A stretch of DNA of 64,000 nucleotides, taken from positions 26,064 to 90,063 of the forward strand of contig CABXXT010000005.1 of assembly GCA_902516285.1 (NCBI GenBank), given 5' to 3'. A model generated the notes under the pieces. That model was given only the letters and a program-made list of their open reading frames with translations. It was not told the origin of the DNA and did not search any database. Below, piece after piece: positions 62,153 to 64,000 of this stretch (position 1 is its first letter; every line of letters starts with the position of its first letter). This stretch comes from an uncultured SAR86 cluster bacterium. Its GTDB lineage: Bacteria > Pseudomonadota > Gammaproteobacteria > Magnimaribacterales > D2472. A program made the translations under genes and the position numbers.

Positions 62153-62749
62153 TTTTATCAAACAAACAATAGTATCAGTCCTTTCAAAATCACTAAATCC
62201 ATTTTGAAGAGCATGAAGATAAACTTCATATGGAGCTTGGCCTCCATCTTCTGGTTTTTCATATATATCATGAATTACAAGTCCGCCACCTGAAATTATC
62301 TTTTTATTCCAAAAAAGAAAATCTTTCATTGCAGACTCTAATGAATGACTTCCATCAATAAACACCATAGCAAGTGGAGAATTCCAATTTTTTGCTGCAG
62401 CAGATGATTCTAAAACTATAGGTACTACATTCTTCACTTTAAAAATATTCATATTTTTTATAAATAACGGAAATGTATTAATTATTTCTTTTTTATAATC
62501 ATAAATTTCTTCATCAAAATATTCCTCATTTAGTTGATGCTCTTCAGAACCTAGATGATGATCAACTGTATAAACATATCGATTATTTTTACTGACACCC
62601 TTTGCGATATACAGAGTTGATTTACCACAATATGTTCCAATTTCTAAAATATCGCCTTTTAAAGAAAATTTTTGTGACCATTTTGTAAGAGCTTTACCCT
62701 CATGTATCGGCATAAAGCCTTTTACTAAATCTATTTCGCCAACTTTCAT
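62147..62749 (-). CDS. class I SAM-dependent methyltransferase (Methyltransf_24 / O-methyltransferase-like)
   Basis: 200-aa ORF with ILEIGTYCGKSTLYIAKG and VFIDGSHSLESAMKDF...GGLVIHDI. Confidence 0.75.
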   Translation of the reverse strand: MKVGEIDLVKGFMPIHEGKALTKWSQKFSLKGDILEIGTYCGKSTLYIAKGVSKNNRYVYTVDHHLGSEEHQLNEEYFDEEIYDYKKEIINTFPLFIKNMNIFKVKNVVPIVLESSAAAKNWNSPLAMVFIDGSHSLESAMKDFLFWNKKIISGGGLVIHDIYEKPEDGGQAPYEVYLHALQNGFSDFERTDTIVCLIKS

Positions 62750-63618
62750 TTATAAATATTATCTTTACCTAAAGTAGATTTAAATCTTCTGTGTTGCCAT
62801 AGATACTCATGTGGACTCAAAATTATTTTGCTCTCAATATACTCATTAAGTTGTTTTGAAAATGATATTGAAGATGAATTATCTAATTTTAATTCTTCAA
62901 TATTTATATTTAATATGTTTTGTTTGAAGATTGTATCTACAAAAAAAGTTTTACATTTAGTTTTTTTTACGATCTTCGAAGGAGCTGAGATGGTGCTTGC
63001 TGGGTTGTTAAAAAAATTTATTTCATTTGAATTTTCTGTTCCATAATCCTGGTCTGGAGCATAGAGTACAGTTTTACCACTTATTAACCATTTCATAAAT
63101 CTGATTGTATTTCTTCTGTCTGCAATCCCCTTAATACTTCTAAGCCTTCCATTTTTTTGAAGTTCTTCAAAAATTTCTGAATTATGATTTCTTTGAACAC
63201 CATAAACCTCACAATTCATTGCTAATATTCTTGCGTCAAGTTCAAGGTGTAAGGAATGTTTGAAAAACATTAGAATACCTGTTCCGCTATCTTGATACTT
63301 TTTTAAATTTTTTAACCCATTAATTTTATATGGTATATTTTTATCAATTTTGGAATCAGACCAAAACCAAGCAACACCTGTATCGAATAAAACTCTTGCA
63401 CTACTCATGATATTTTTTTTATAGATTTTATTTCTTTCTAATTCTGAATAACCTTTGAAACAAAGATCTATATTAATCTTACTAAACTTATTTCTCTTAA
63501 TATTTGAAAGTATGAGAACTTTTCCAATAATTGTTGATAAAAAAATCTGAAAACTTCTCGGTAACAACATTATTGTTTTCCAGAACAGTATAAGAATCGT
63601 AATTAATGTTCTATTCAT
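62746..63618 (-). CDS. lpxL: lipid A biosynthesis (Kdo)2-lipid IVA acyltransferase (LpxL/HtrB family)
   Basis: 290-aa ORF with an N-terminal TM anchor, an HX4E catalytic motif (FKHSLHLELD) and the family-typical PDQD and WQHRRFK. It is divergent from waaA. Confidence 0.8.
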   Translation of the reverse strand: MNRTLITILILFWKTIMLLPRSFQIFLSTIIGKVLILSNIKRNKFSKINIDLCFKGYSELERNKIYKKNIMSSARVLFDTGVAWFWSDSKIDKNIPYKINGLKNLKKYQDSGTGILMFFKHSLHLELDARILAMNCEVYGVQRNHNSEIFEELQKNGRLRSIKGIADRRNTIRFMKWLISGKTVLYAPDQDYGTENSNEINFFNNPASTISAPSKIVKKTKCKTFFVDTIFKQNILNINIEELKLDNSSSISFSKQLNEYIESKIILSPHEYLWQHRRFKSTLGKDNIYK

Positions 63619-63664
63619 AAGTCATTAGCATGTATTATTACACTATAAGCAATTTGAATTATTA

Positions 63665-64000
63665 ATGAAAATTTTTTTATATAACTCTTTTATTTTGATA
63701 CTTCTCCCAGTGTTCATAACTAGAATATTTTTTAAAAGCATAAAAGATAAAGATTATATAAGAAATTTTTTTAACAGATTTGGAATTTACAACACTAATT
63801 TAAGTAAAGAGTTTTTATGGTTTCATGCTGTAAGCTTGGGAGAAGTAATCGGTTCAAAAAGTATCCTTAAAAATTTAATTAAAGATCATTCAGTTGTCTT
63901 GTCAGTTTCAACACCAACAGGATTTAGAGAAGCCAAGAAAATTTATAAAAATGATATTGAGATTGTATTTGCACCATGGGATTTTTATCTTTTTGTACTA
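63665..64000 (+). CDS. waaA: 3-deoxy-D-manno-octulosonic acid (Kdo) transferase, N-terminal part (3' end outside window)
   Basis: The frame is open from ATG 63665 to the window end. The N-terminal anchor plus FLWFHAVSLGEV matches the WaaA signature (WxHAVSxGE). Confidence 0.85.
   Translation, partial: MKIFLYNSFILILLPVFITRIFFKSIKDKDYIRNFFNRFGIYNTNLSKEFLWFHAVSLGEVIGSKSILKNLIKDHSVVLSVSTPTGFREAKKIYKNDIEIVFAPWDFYLFVL

Overview
The window is visibly AT-rich, very gene-dense chromosomal DNA. I call 57 protein-coding genes (two truncated at the window edges) and 2 tRNAs. I found no rRNA, CRISPR array, IS element, intact integrase, prophage or recognisable defence system.

Most neighbouring genes abut or overlap by 1-11 nt. 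Several convergent pairs share their stop codons. Non-ATG starts occur, for example TTG for the helicase and GTG for rsmE, rpoD and ilvE.

Gene content and local order point to a Gammaproteobacterium with Pseudomonas-type synteny: trpD-trpC; fis-purH-purD with coq7; rsmE-gshB-tonB-like-ruvX-dnaG-rpoD; ponA | aroK-aroB-gltB-gltD-hemE; slmA; lpxL/waaA. The streamlining, base composition, two Fur-controlled TonB-dependent receptors and methyl-group/DMSP-type genes suggest a marine oligotroph such as a SAR86-like lineage. That is inference only.

Housekeeping blocks are interleaved with accessory-looking modules:
- A heme-uptake divergon (hugZ-like, hmuVUT, receptor) with a Fur box, next to a tRNA(CAT).
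- A DUF411 / P19-like metal pair.
- A DmdA-like aminomethyltransferase plus a BHMT-like methyltransferase.
- A second Fur-box TonB-dependent receptor with a long structured leader.
- katG, followed by a run of poorly understood genes on the minus strand: a membrane hydroxylase, a type II pantothenate kinase, a secreted DUF305-LVIVD fusion, a small acidic-tail membrane peptide, a BaxI-like protein, a diiron-carboxylate protein, and an orphan CobT/CobS-type vWA/AAA+ pair.
- A glycosyltransferase / methyltransferase / alpha-alpha-toroid / methyltransferase cluster next to lpxL-waaA.

The observations I rate most worth follow-up are:
- The cobS-cobT-like pair without cobN, lying head-to-tail with a diiron protein. 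It may be a metal-cofactor insertion system.
- The single-gene inversion of gltB inside an otherwise conserved block.
- The roughly 93-residue integrase-arm-like N-terminal extension on gltD at the inversion junction.
- The DUF305-LVIVD fusion.
- The Staphylococcus/eukaryote-type pantothenate kinase.

All functional calls rest on motif recognition by eye in the supplied translations. No database search was possible.
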